DNA from: an uncultured Acidobacteriota bacterium
GTDB taxonomy: Bacteria; Acidobacteriota; Terriglobia; Acidiferrales; UBA7541
Length of the DNA: 64,000 bases
Assembly (NCBI GenBank): GCA_963740695.1
Contig: CAVUFU010000011.1
Location: 91,986-155,985 of the forward strand
Reading direction: 5' to 3'
Below, piece by piece: positions 45,192 to 58,435 of this stretch. Position numbers and translations under genes: made by a program. The stretch's first letter is position 1. Every line of letters begins with the position of its first letter. Below the pieces are notes generated by a model. It ran no database searches and was not told where the DNA came from. It was given only the letters and a program-made list of their open reading frames with translations.

Positions 45192-48100
45192 CTAGTCTGA
45201 TTCGTGAGGCTGCGGATAATCCACGTGGACCGACTGAATTTCGTACGGGTGGATCGGCACGGTGATTTGTCCGCTGGCCGTGACGTTGAGTGGTGAGCCC
45301 TCCGGCTGCTCCATCAGATTTGTGAGCGTGGCGGCCGAAGCGCCGGCGGGAACGTTGATTCGGACCTCGCTGCTTTTTCCGGCCCACTCGTAGAAGCGCA
45401 GAATCAGCGCGTCGCTATCTTCCGCCTTCTTCACGGCCGTAAGGACTACATTTTCCGGTTCTATCGTTACCAGAGACTGACGCGTCGGCCACTTTCCATC
45501 GTGCGCCTGCACCTGCATCGCTTGCAGCTTGTAATTGAAATCGTAACCGTGCCGAACGGTCAGCGCTTGCTTCCAATCGCCGGCGTGCGGATACAGCGCA
45601 TAACTGAAATGATGATGCCCGCGGTCGGCATCGGGATCCGGCCATACCGGCGAGCGCAATAAGGAAATGCGCAGCACGTTGCCTTTGGCGTCGTAACCGT
45701 ATTTCGATTCGTTGATCAGACTGAAACCGTGCTGGGCGTCTCCCAAATCCGCCCAGCGCAATGCCGGAACCTCGAATTTCGCTGCTTCCCAGCTGTTGTT
45801 ACGCGTGGTGGGCCGCTGGATCGACCCATAAGGGATTTCGAATGTGGCGTCGCCGCTGGATGCCGCAAGCGGAAATGCCGCTTTCAGTAGTACATGTGTT
45901 TCATGCCAATCAATGTCATTGACCACGTCGACGCGATCCAAACCCGCGTAGAGTGTGATGTCCTGCACGAATTCCGATTGCTGCCACCTGCGCTTCACGC
46001 GAATCACGGCGCGCAACGGGCCGTGCTCGATCAGTTGCACCGAGTCGGCCTGATCGAGGTTTGTGAAATGTTGCTCGAAATCCGAGTCAATATTCCATGC
46101 GTCGTAATCTTTCGGTGTGTCCTTGAATGCCACCAGTTCGTTTCCGCACCCGTGCGCGGGGATCGCTTCGAATTTCGATTTTTTGTCGTAAAGGCTGGTG
46201 ATGCAGCCGCTGTGCGAATCAACCGACACGCGAAGCAGCGAGTTTTCCAGCGTTAGGCCATCGGCAAGCAGATCGCTTCTCGCGTCGTTGCTGCCGGGAA
46301 TCACTTGGAGCACTTCGTATCCAAGAGATGGCATATCTTCCGCTTTAATCAGCAGCTGATAGGTGTGCGTCGCAGAATCGGACGAAAGCACTTGATACAG
46401 GAGCGGTTTCCCGCGCGGGTCCAGCACGGATATTCCATTTTTCTCAGTCTCAGGCAATTGCACGTCGGCAGTGACCAGATCAGTTCGCTCCCATGCGAGA
46501 GGATTGAACACGAGGACGGAGACTCCGCCGGCACCAGCCGCAGCCGTGTTCACGTGGCTCGCAAGGGAGCGCAGCGCGTTGGACGTTGCCTCAGTGGTAG
46601 CCCAGCGCACCGCGTCGTAATCCTTCTGAGCATCCTGATAGATGACTCCGATGCCCGAACCCGCAGCAAGATCGTGAAATTGGTTGAAGAGAACTTTTTT
46701 CCAGGCCTCGGCAAGCTCCGTAGCAGGGTAGGCCGCACCCAAGAGCCACGCCAGCGACGAATATTTCTCGGCGTTGAGCATTTCTTCTTCGCTCTCGCGC
46801 ATATTGCGCTTGTGATTAGCTTGCGTGGTGAAAACGCCGCGGTGATATTCGAAGTATAGCTCGTCATTCCAGACCGGCAGGCTGATCTTGCCATCGGCGG
46901 CCGGCGCCAGCTTCGTATCCGCTGTAGCGATGGACTTGTAATTCCACACCGGCGAATTCGCCGTATCCAATTTCGTTTCGACGTCGGAGAAAAAGCCTTG
47001 CGCGATGCCGAAAAAGGCTTTGGGAAACACCATTTGCGGCTCGGTCCATTTTTCGCCACTGTCGAGCATCGCGCGAGTGGGACCGCCGCCGTGATCGCCA
47101 ACGCCAAACAGGTGCATCATTTCGGTGACGCCGGGATTACGGCCGCGTGACGTATTGACATCCGCCGCGATTCGCACCGGATCAATTTCGTTGGCATAGT
47201 CGTGCGGAAAATAGGTGAGCACGCGGCTGCCGTCCGGCGATTGCCACCAGAAGAGCTTCATGGGCAGTTTGTTGGTGTCGTTCCAGGCCATTTTTTGCGT
47301 TACGAAAAAATCAATTCCGGACTTCTTATAAATCTGCGGCAATTGCCAGTTGTAGCCAAACGAATCCGGGTTCCAGCCGATGCGCACATCCACACCGAAT
47401 TTATCCTTGAAGTAGCGCTTGCCGACGAGCAGTTGGCGCACCAGCGATTCGCCATCGGGCATGTTCAAATCCGGCTCGACCCACATGCCGCCGACCAATT
47501 CCCAGCGGCCTTGCTTCACGCGGCTGAGAATTTCCTGGTAAACGGAGGGATATTTTTCCACCATCCATTCGCTGTAAGCCGCGGCAGATTGCGTGAAAGT
47601 GTATTGCGGATACTCGTCCATGAGCTGCAGAGCGGTGGAAAACGTCCGACGGACCACGTCTACCGTTTCCGTCCATGGCCAGAGCCACGCTGCGTCAATG
47701 TGCGAGTTCCCCGTCAGGCGCACGGAAGTTCCTTGCAGGCTGGGCTTAAGCAACATCAGCGAGGTCTGCGCTTTTTCGAGCGACGCATCGAAATCCTTTT
47801 GATTTGCCTGGTGCAGCGCGTTCAAGTCCACGACAGCCGAAGCGGTTTCCAATTGCCGCTGGGTGGTTTGAGCGGCTGCGCCGAGCGATGGAATCAGCTC
47901 TGCGACCGACTGAATCTCTTCGAGTAGTTGCGCCGGATTGGGACGCGATGGAGTGAACTCGACGCGCAGATTGGCGCCGGCAAAATATTTCTGGTCAACC
48001 GTGTGCAGCAGCTTTATGGCTACCAGGACTTTGTCGCCGGGCTTCGCCTGATCGAATAAGACGATCGGTTCGAGGTCCTCGCCCATTGCGACGCGACGTC

Positions 48101-48551
48101 CATTAAAATAAATAATTTCAGGCATGGGCCCGTTCGCGTAGGCCACAAATTGCAGCCACACTCTCGAGCCGGTAAGGTCATAGCCGTTCAGAGTGTTGGG
48201 AATTTCGATCCAATGGCGGTACCAGACCGCTTCGGTCGGCGCGCGCGTATCTTTTCTAACGATTTGCCAACTTGCATCATCGAGATCGGCGGCTTCGCCG
48301 TGGGCGACATCGCCAGCATGAAAGCGCCAGTCATCCGCCGGCAAACTGACCAGCGAGGACAGTTCTCTCACGGTGGCCTGCGTCGGTGCAGACAGCGACT
48401 TCACTGCTTTGTCGGCGTCCGACTGTGAGCGAGCCGTAGCGCTGGTCAAGACGCAAAGCAACAACAACTGAATTGCAACGACCGGAATTCTACGCGCGAC
48501 GCGCGAACGTCTTGCACCGCGAGAAAAGTTCATTGAGCGTCCTTCCTTCAC
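45192..48551 (-). CDS. Secreted GH38 alpha-mannosidase.
   Basis: Signal peptide. GNSHIDAAWLWPW (GH38 metal/nucleophile region), FGVGDHGGGP, and the long C-terminal beta-domains. Confidence 0.88.
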   Translation of the reverse strand: MKEGRSMNFSRGARRSRVARRIPVVAIQLLLLCVLTSATARSQSDADKAVKSLSAPTQATVRELSSLVSLPADDWRFHAGDVAHGEAADLDDASWQIVRKDTRAPTEAVWYRHWIEIPNTLNGYDLTGSRVWLQFVAYANGPMPEIIYFNGRRVAMGEDLEPIVLFDQAKPGDKVLVAIKLLHTVDQKYFAGANLRVEFTPSRPNPAQLLEEIQSVAELIPSLGAAAQTTQRQLETASAVVDLNALHQANQKDFDASLEKAQTSLMLLKPSLQGTSVRLTGNSHIDAAWLWPWTETVDVVRRTFSTALQLMDEYPQYTFTQSAAAYSEWMVEKYPSVYQEILSRVKQGRWELVGGMWVEPDLNMPDGESLVRQLLVGKRYFKDKFGVDVRIGWNPDSFGYNWQLPQIYKKSGIDFFVTQKMAWNDTNKLPMKLFWWQSPDGSRVLTYFPHDYANEIDPVRIAADVNTSRGRNPGVTEMMHLFGVGDHGGGPTRAMLDSGEKWTEPQMVFPKAFFGIAQGFFSDVETKLDTANSPVWNYKSIATADTKLAPAADGKISLPVWNDELYFEYHRGVFTTQANHKRNMRESEEEMLNAEKYSSLAWLLGAAYPATELAEAWKKVLFNQFHDLAAGSGIGVIYQDAQKDYDAVRWATTEATSNALRSLASHVNTAAAGAGGVSVLVFNPLAWERTDLVTADVQLPETEKNGISVLDPRGKPLLYQVLSSDSATHTYQLLIKAEDMPSLGYEVLQVIPGSNDARSDLLADGLTLENSLLRVSVDSHSGCITSLYDKKSKFEAIPAHGCGNELVAFKDTPKDYDAWNIDSDFEQHFTNLDQADSVQLIEHGPLRAVIRVKRRWQQSEFVQDITLYAGLDRVDVVNDIDWHETHVLLKAAFPLAASSGDATFEIPYGSIQRPTTRNNSWEAAKFEVPALRWADLGDAQHGFSLINESKYGYDAKGNVLRISLLRSPVWPDPDADRGHHHFSYALYPHAGDWKQALTVRHGYDFNYKLQAMQVQAHDGKWPTRQSLVTIEPENVVLTAVKKAEDSDALILRFYEWAGKSSEVRINVPAGASAATLTNLMEQPEGSPLNVTASGQITVPIHPYEIQSVHVDYPQPHESD

Positions 48552-48662
48552 ATCAGGTGGCTTGAATCACAGAGGCATCCCCGGGTCGTACGATCCACGC
48601 AGACGTGGAACCCGGTTCTCGATTCGCGGCCGGATTATAAAGCAACGCTATCCTCTTGTAGT

Positions 48663-49589
48663 ATGGTTTCCGACGAACCGGACTGGCTGAACAACACTTC
48701 AATGACGCAAGACGAATCGAACTGGCGCGACTGGCCGCTGGCGGAGCGCGAGCGGCAATACTCGCCGAGCAGTTGCGTTCCGGTGCTCGCTCCTTACCTT
48801 GCGGCATATGCCGCGCGCAGTCGCGAAGCGGAGCGGAGCCGCCGATGCCTGAAGAATTTGCGCTGGGGCGAGCAGCCGGACGAAACATTTGATTATTTTC
48901 CCGCTGACGCCGCGGATGCACCGTTGCTGGTTTTCTTTCACGGGGGCTATTGGCAGGAGCTATCGAAAAACGAATCGCTGTTTGCTGCTCCGGATTCCGT
49001 CGAGAATGGCATAGCATTCGCGGCGATTGGCTACACCCTGGCGCCAAAAGCGACTCTCGCGGCTATTGTGGACCAGTCGCGCCGCGCAATCGCTTCACTG
49101 CATCGCCAGGCTGGCACGCTGGGCTTCGATGCGCACCGGATCTACGCGGCGGGCAGTTCGGCTGGAGCGCATCTCGCTGCCATGATGTTAGTGGCTGGCT
49201 GGCAGGCCGACTACGGATTGCCCGGCACTGCCGTTGCAGGCGCGATTCTGATGAGCGGGATCTATGACCTCGAGCCTCTCGTCGGAACTTACATTGACGC
49301 GGCACTGCACTTGACCGCCGCCGATGCGGCAACGCTCAGCCCGTCTCGCCTGGCACTCGGAGCGCCGGTGAAAACGATTGTCGCGTGGGGTGAAAACGAG
49401 ACGTCCGAATTCAAGCGGCAGAGCCGCACGTTTGCGTCGAAGCTGCAGATGAGTGGCTTTCCTGTTTCGGCGTTTGAGGTGGCCGGCGCCAATCACTTCG
49501 ATATTGTGTTCGGGCTGGCCGACACAACCACACAGTTAGGAGGCGCTACGATAGATCTCATTCGAGCGGGCAACGACGCACCGGTTTGA
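48663..49589 (+). CDS. Alpha/beta-hydrolase arylformamidase (kynurenine formamidase, eukaryote/AFMID type).
   Basis: FFHGGYWQELSKNES oxyanion-hole block and GSSAGAH nucleophile elbow. Its context is the kynurenine pathway cluster. Confidence 0.65.
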   Translation: MVSDEPDWLNNTSMTQDESNWRDWPLAERERQYSPSSCVPVLAPYLAAYAARSREAERSRRCLKNLRWGEQPDETFDYFPADAADAPLLVFFHGGYWQELSKNESLFAAPDSVENGIAFAAIGYTLAPKATLAAIVDQSRRAIASLHRQAGTLGFDAHRIYAAGSSAGAHLAAMMLVAGWQADYGLPGTAVAGAILMSGIYDLEPLVGTYIDAALHLTAADAATLSPSRLALGAPVKTIVAWGENETSEFKRQSRTFASKLQMSGFPVSAFEVAGANHFDIVFGLADTTTQLGGATIDLIRAGNDAPV

Positions 49590-49632
49590 CGGCGCTCACC
49601 GCAATTCAGAGCGCGTGCCGTGCCGCGAAATC

Positions 49633-50910
49633 TTACGGTTGGATTTCCGCCAAGAACTTTTCCGCAAAAGTGTGAACGTCGACGAAGGTATTGTAGAGCG
49701 GGACCGGCGCGGCGCGCAGGATATCCGGTTCGCGCCAGTCGCAGATAATTCCCTGCCGCGCCAAGCGGCCGCACAAAGCGCGGCCATTCGAATTAGTCTG
49801 CAACGATAGCTGCGCGCCCCGTTGCGCGGAGTCGCGCGGAGTGTTGATCGCGAAATTCTCGCCGGGTTGATCGGTCAATAGATACTCCAAATAACCGGTT
49901 AGTTCCTCGCTTTTTGCACGTATGCGATCGAGTCCGACTTCGTCGAAAAGTTCCATTGAAGCGCGCAGCGCGGCCATCGACAGAATGGACGGATTGCTCA
50001 ATTGCCAACCCTCGGCTCCGGCAATGGCTTGGAATTCCGGTTCCATGCGGAAACGCTCATCCTTGTTGTTTCCCCACCAGCCCGCAAATCGCGGCAAATC
50101 CGGATTTCGCGCGTGGCGCCGATGCACGAAGCATCCGGCGATACAGCCAGGCCCACCGTTCAAATATTTATAGCTGCACCAGACGGCAAAGTCCGCGTTC
50201 CAATCGTGAAGCCGCAGCGGAATATTTCCTGCGGCGTGCGCCATGTCGAACCCGACGACGCAGCCTTTGGCTTGGCCGGCGGCGATAATTCGCGCGCAGT
50301 CGAAGGCTTGCCCACTGTAGTAGTTCACGCCACCGAGCATGATGAGTGCGATCCGCTCGCCCTGTTCGTCAATTAATCGTTCGACGTCCTGCGTGCGAAT
50401 CGTCTTTTCTCCCGGGCGCGGTGCGATTTCGATCAGCGCACTTGCTGGATCGTTGCCGTGAAAGCGGATCTGCGATTGCACCACGTATTGATCCGAGGGA
50501 AACGCATTCGCTTCGATGAGGATTTTATTTCGCGCGGCTGTAGGCCGGTAAAAAGACACCAACATGAGGTGCAGGTTCACGGTAAGCGAGTTCATCACCA
50601 CTACTTCTTCCGGTAGCGCGCCGACGAGCCGCGCAGTCGAACCCGCGAGCAGCTCGTGATATGGCATCCAGGGATTTCGCGCGTGAAAATGGCCTTCCAC
50701 GCCAAGCTTGGCCCAATCTTCGAGTTCCGTTTCGACGTAACCGCGCACTGACTTCGGCTGCAATCCCAGAGAGTGGCCGCAGAGATACACGCAGTCCGCG
50801 CCGCCCGGGCTTTTTGGGATGTGAAAGCGGTTGCGATAGGCCGCAAGCGGATCGCGAGCGTCCATTGCGACGGCAAAGGCGCGGCCGCTTTCGAATTTCG
50901 CGGCGGCCAC
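49633..50910 (-). CDS. kynU: Kynureninase.
   Basis: Typical N-terminus (DPLAAYRNRFHIP) and the PLP lysine context WCSYKYLNGGPG. Confidence 0.9.
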   Translation of the reverse strand: MAAAKFESGRAFAVAMDARDPLAAYRNRFHIPKSPGGADCVYLCGHSLGLQPKSVRGYVETELEDWAKLGVEGHFHARNPWMPYHELLAGSTARLVGALPEEVVVMNSLTVNLHLMLVSFYRPTAARNKILIEANAFPSDQYVVQSQIRFHGNDPASALIEIAPRPGEKTIRTQDVERLIDEQGERIALIMLGGVNYYSGQAFDCARIIAAGQAKGCVVGFDMAHAAGNIPLRLHDWNADFAVWCSYKYLNGGPGCIAGCFVHRRHARNPDLPRFAGWWGNNKDERFRMEPEFQAIAGAEGWQLSNPSILSMAALRASMELFDEVGLDRIRAKSEELTGYLEYLLTDQPGENFAINTPRDSAQRGAQLSLQTNSNGRALCGRLARQGIICDWREPDILRAAPVPLYNTFVDVHTFAEKFLAEIQP

Positions 50911-52299
50911 TTAGAGATTCTCCAATGGCGTGAGGTCGCGATGAATCAACAAGTCGGCCTTTTGCCAATCCAGGTCTTCGACCCGCGTGGTGGAATCACA
51001 CAACTCCGCGAGCAAGCGATCCTGAATTTTTCCGCGCGAAAGCGCCACGGAATACGGCACCCGGTGAAACGTCACCATCGCGTACTTGGGAACAAAGAGA
51101 CGCGGATATTTGGCTTCGAGCGCCAATTCGACCTTTTTGTTGAACAGAAATCGGGGATCCGCCACGCGGTCGCGCATTTCGATGAAGTTTTCGAGAGCGA
51201 GGCCGGCGATAGCATCCGTATTGGCTTTCCGCGCGTGCTCGAATTCCGTATACAGTTTCGCCCAATCGGGACCGTGGCGATCCAGAAGTTCCAGGAACAC
51301 CGTGCAATCCTCGAAAGCGCAATTCATTCCTTGCCCGAAGAAAGGAACGATCGCGTGGGCCGCGTCTCCCAGCAACAGCGCCTTTCCGCTTACGTGCCAC
51401 GGCGAACATTTGATCGTGACCATCGCCCCGGTCGGATTGGCAGCGTAGTTTTCCTGCAGCAGCGGCATCAACGGAACTGCGTCAGAAAATCTTTCCCTCA
51501 AGAATGCTGCCGCTTTTTCCGCAGTATCGAGCATTGCAAAGCTTTCGTCGCCTTCGAAAGGCAAAAAGAGAATGCACGCAAAAGTGCCGTCAATATTCGG
51601 CAACGCGATCAGCATATAAGCTCCTCTCGGCCAAATGTGCAACGCGTTGGGCTCGAGCAGGTGTTTGCCGCCCGGACCGGCGGGAATCGTCAACTCCTTG
51701 TAGCCATAGTCGAGATATTCCTGCGAGAGATTGAAACGTCCCAGCTTTTGCATTTCCATTCGTATCGCAGAAGCCGATCCGTCCGTGCCGATCAAGGTGT
51801 TGGCCTCGACACGGTTTTCGCGTCCCGTTTCTTCGTTGCGAAACCGCGCGGCCCCTGTGGCCGCGTCGAACCCCATACAGCGCTCGCCGAAATGAATCGT
51901 GACGCCGCGCGCTTCCGCGGCGTTCATCAACGCGACGTTAAGATCGGCGCGCGAAATCGAATTGATCACCTCGGAATCGTTTTTGCCATAAGGCTGGAAC
52001 GTGAGCTCGCCCGCGAGCGAATGCATCATGCGTCCCTTCATCGGCACGATGATGCGGCGCAGTTCGTCCCACAGACCCGCCTCGTGCAACGCGTGAATCC
52101 CGCGTGTGGAAATCGCGAGATTGATCGAGCGGCCCGCGCTTCCGCGCACGCGACGCATGTCTGGCCGACGCTCGTAAATCTCGACGCGAAACCCGCGCTG
52201 CACCAGCGAAATCGCCAGCAGCGGGCCGGTAAGTCCCGCGCCAATCAACGTAATGGATTGGGAACGATTGTTCATATTCAGGAAAGGCGCGCACAGCAC
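50911..52299 (-). CDS. kmo: Kynurenine 3-monooxygenase (FAD-dependent).
   Basis: GAGLTGPLLAISL dinucleotide fold, LLGDAAHAIVPFFGQGMN. The likely start is the MNNRSQ ATG at 52275. Its stop abuts the kynU start. Confidence 0.88.
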   Translation of the reverse strand: MLCAPFLNMNNRSQSITLIGAGLTGPLLAISLVQRGFRVEIYERRPDMRRVRGSAGRSINLAISTRGIHALHEAGLWDELRRIIVPMKGRMMHSLAGELTFQPYGKNDSEVINSISRADLNVALMNAAEARGVTIHFGERCMGFDAATGAARFRNEETGRENRVEANTLIGTDGSASAIRMEMQKLGRFNLSQEYLDYGYKELTIPAGPGGKHLLEPNALHIWPRGAYMLIALPNIDGTFACILFLPFEGDESFAMLDTAEKAAAFLRERFSDAVPLMPLLQENYAANPTGAMVTIKCSPWHVSGKALLLGDAAHAIVPFFGQGMNCAFEDCTVFLELLDRHGPDWAKLYTEFEHARKANTDAIAGLALENFIEMRDRVADPRFLFNKKVELALEAKYPRLFVPKYAMVTFHRVPYSVALSRGKIQDRLLAELCDSTTRVEDLDWQKADLLIHRDLTPLENL

Positions 52300-52321
52300 G
52301 ACAGAATCGCGAGGACGCTGA

Positions 52322-55258
<2,937 letters not shown>

Positions 55259-55262
<4 letters not shown>

Positions 55263-56719
55263 TCACTCAACTTAACGCAGATATTGTTCAGTTCCGAATA
55301 AAAGTTCAGCGAATGCATTCCGCCTTCTCGGCCAATACCGGAAAGGCCGGCGCCCCCAAAAGGAGTCCGCAAATCGCGCAGAAACCAGCAATTCACCCAA
55401 GTGATTCCTACGCGCAGCTTTTCCGCCACGCGATGTCCCCGCTTCAGATTCGAAGTCCACACGGAAGCCGCCAAGCCGTATTTCGTGTCATTTGCTTTTG
55501 CGATAGCTTCTTCTTCGGTATCGAACGGCGCGACATGGCACACGGGGCCAAAAATTTCTTCCTTCACGCAACGGGCAGATTCCGATAGTCCGGTAAAGAC
55601 TGTCGGCTGAATGTAAAAACCATTATCGCGAGCATCGCCGAAGGCAGGAATGCCGCCGCCCGTGACAACGGTCGCGCCTTCTTCGCGCGCCAATTGATAA
55701 TAGGAGAGCACTTTCGCGCGATGTTCCTTTGAAATCAAGGGGCCCGTAGTCGTGCTTTCTTCCGTCGGCCAGCCGAGACGCAAGGTCTCTGCTTTTTGTT
55801 TGAGGGCGGCGACGAACCGTTCAAAGATCCTGCGCTCGACGTACACGCGCTCCGCGCAAAGACACACCTGACCCGTGTTCATGAACACGGCATCCGCAAG
55901 GCCGTTGAGCGTGCGCTCGAAATCGCAATCGGCAAAGACAATGGCTGCGTTCTTTCCGCCCAACTCAAATGAAAGCGGTTTCACGGTTGGAGCGGCGGCG
56001 CGCATGATCGCAGCACCCGTTCGCGATTCGCCCGTGAAAGTGAGAGCATCCACGCCATCGTGCGTGGTCAAAAATTCGCCGGCAGATTCCGGTCCAAAGC
56101 CGTGCACCAGATTGAAGACTCCTGGCGGCACGCCTGCCGCTTGCATCACCTCGGCCAGCAAAGTCGCAGTGGCGGGCGTCTCTTCGGAAGGTTTGACGAT
56201 CACGCAGTTTCCACAAGCGAGCGCGGGAGCGACTTTCCACGTCAGCAGCAAGAGCGGCAAATTCCAAGGCGTGATGATGCCGACGACTCCGAGCGGCTTG
56301 CGCACCGCATAGTTCAGCGCGATGACACCGTCGAGAGTTTCCGTACGAAATGATTCGAGGCCGGCGGTCTTGATGATGTCGGCGAAGGCGCGAAAATTTG
56401 TGGCTCCGCGTGGAATGTCAATTTCCGCCGCGAGCGAGATGGGCTTGCCGGTGTCCGCGACTTCCGCGAGCAGAAAATCCTGGAAGCGCGCTTCGATTCC
56501 ATCCGCGAGCTTGTGGAGCATGGCCGCGCGTTTCGTAACCGGCCAACAAGCCCATTGTCCGGCAGCGGCGTTGCAAGCAGCTGCGACCGCTTCATCCACC
56601 ATGGCGGCGTCCGCTTCCGACACGTGCGCGATGACGGAACCATCCGCCGGGTTAACGTCGGCAAATTCGCTTGCACCGCTCACAAAGCGGCCGTTAATGT
56701 AGTTTTGCAGGAGCTTCAC
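55259..56719 (-). CDS. NAD-dependent aldehyde dehydrogenase (2-aminomuconate-6-semialdehyde dehydrogenase by context).
   Basis: FELGGKNA (Glu) and [12 protein letters not shown] (Cys) motifs. GTG start. Confidence 0.85.
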
Positions 56720-56863
56720 GAAGAATCCGCGCTCGCGTGGCTTCAGCCATGACTACGATCCCGCGCCGAAGCCTTTAGCACGATACCAAAAACGCCTGAG
56801 GATGGGGCGGCGAATCGGCCGCAGCCGCTTCGCTCACGATTCGCGGCGGACCGCACGAAGATA

Positions 56864-58435
56864 CTACTTGTTTGATGGCTGCGGCGGCGCATCTTGCGAC
56901 AGCACCTGCTGCGGCGTGGGAATTTGCGACGCGTCCCATCCTCCACCAAGAGCTTCGACCAATTGCACGCTGGCGGTCATTTGCTGGATGCGCAGGTTGA
57001 CGGCGGTCTGGCGATTGCTCAGGAGCGTGGTCTGCGCGGTGATCACGTTCAGGTAGGGATCAATTCCGAGTTTGTAGCGGTCTGTGGCGATTTTCAAATT
57101 GCGTTCCGCGGAGGCTACAGCAGTATCTTGCTGCTGTATTTCCACCGAAAGAATCCGTAAGGAGGAGAGATTGTCTTCCACTTGCTGGAATGCGGTCAGA
57201 ACCGTCTGGCGGTAGTTCGCCACGGTTTCATCGTATTGGGCGCGATATTGCATCACGGTGGCGCGGCGTAATCCCCCGTCGTAAATCGTTTCAGAAACAC
57301 TGGGTCCCGCCGAAAAGAAGCGGCTCGGCCAGGTGAACCAGCTGGTGAATGAGTGGGATTCAAAGCCAAGGGAGGCGCCGAGAGTGAGCGTCGGATAATA
57401 GGCCGCATACGCCACGCCAACCTGCGCGTTGGCTTGTTCCATCAGCCGTTCGTTCGCTGCGATATCGGGGCGCCGCTCGAGCAATTGCGACGGGACACCG
57501 AATGGAATCGCGGGTGGACTCGACTTTAGCGGCTCGGCCGGAATCGAAAAAGCGGAAGCGGGCTCGCCGACAAGCATCGCGACGGCGTGCTCGTACTGAG
57601 AGCGCAGAATTCCCAGGTTGGTATCGGCTGCTTGCGTTGTTTCCAACTGCGTTTCGGCCTGCGCCACGGCTTCGTCGGAGTCAATTCCCGTCTCGTACAA
57701 AACTTTGGTGAGGTTCAGCGATTCCTGGTAGGCAATCACGGTGGAATCGAGCAATTGTTTCAGATCGTCTTGGCCGCGAAGTTGATAATAATCCACGGCG
57801 ACTTCCGCTTGCGCCGTCAAACGCGCATTTTCGAGATCCGCCGCGCTGGCTTGCGCCGAAGCCGTGTTCGCGCGCACTTCATTGCGCACGCGGCCCCACA
57901 AATCGGGCACCCAGGTTGCGTCAAACGGCAAACTGAAAAACGTCGAAGTCCCGGGTGTTACGGCCAGCGACGCCGCGGCGCCTTGCCGCGAGGACGTGAT
58001 CGCCGGCCCGACCGATACTGTTGGATAATACTGGGCTCGCGCTTCCTTCACCAAAGCTCGCGCCGCCATATAGCTGGCCATCGCGGATTGCACGTTTTGG
58101 TTCGAAATATTCACTTTCGCTTCGAGCGCGTTCAATTGCGGGTCGTTGAATATCTCCCACCACTTGCCGTGAAGGACGTTGTCGCTGGGCTGCGCCACTT
58201 TCCAGCCGTCCGTTTTGCTGAAATCGGCAGGCGTGAGTTCCTTGTACGCGGTGGGAGCTTGCGCATCCGGCTTGTGATACTTGGGCCCGACGGTGCAGCC
58301 GGCAAACAGAAGCGCCGCGCTGACGGACGCTATGAGCACACGAAAATGAAGTTTTTCAATCATGCGAAGTTTATTAGTCCCGTTTCCCGCTTGCTGGTTG
58401 GCGGTTAGAGTAAGTTTTGAAATGCGATGCATCAA
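56864..58435 (-). CDS. RND efflux outer-membrane factor lipoprotein (NodT family).
   Basis: Lipobox LLFAGC followed by TVGPKYHKP, with two OEP repeats. Start is ambiguous: the TTG/ATG at 58435/58432 overlapping the upstream stop (TGATG), or the ATG at 58363. Confidence 0.88.
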   Translation of the reverse strand: MMHRISKLTLTANQQAGNGTNKLRMIEKLHFRVLIASVSAALLFAGCTVGPKYHKPDAQAPTAYKELTPADFSKTDGWKVAQPSDNVLHGKWWEIFNDPQLNALEAKVNISNQNVQSAMASYMAARALVKEARAQYYPTVSVGPAITSSRQGAAASLAVTPGTSTFFSLPFDATWVPDLWGRVRNEVRANTASAQASAADLENARLTAQAEVAVDYYQLRGQDDLKQLLDSTVIAYQESLNLTKVLYETGIDSDEAVAQAETQLETTQAADTNLGILRSQYEHAVAMLVGEPASAFSIPAEPLKSSPPAIPFGVPSQLLERRPDIAANERLMEQANAQVGVAYAAYYPTLTLGASLGFESHSFTSWFTWPSRFFSAGPSVSETIYDGGLRRATVMQYRAQYDETVANYRQTVLTAFQQVEDNLSSLRILSVEIQQQDTAVASAERNLKIATDRYKLGIDPYLNVITAQTTLLSNRQTAVNLRIQQMTASVQLVEALGGGWDASQIPTPQQVLSQDAPPQPSNK

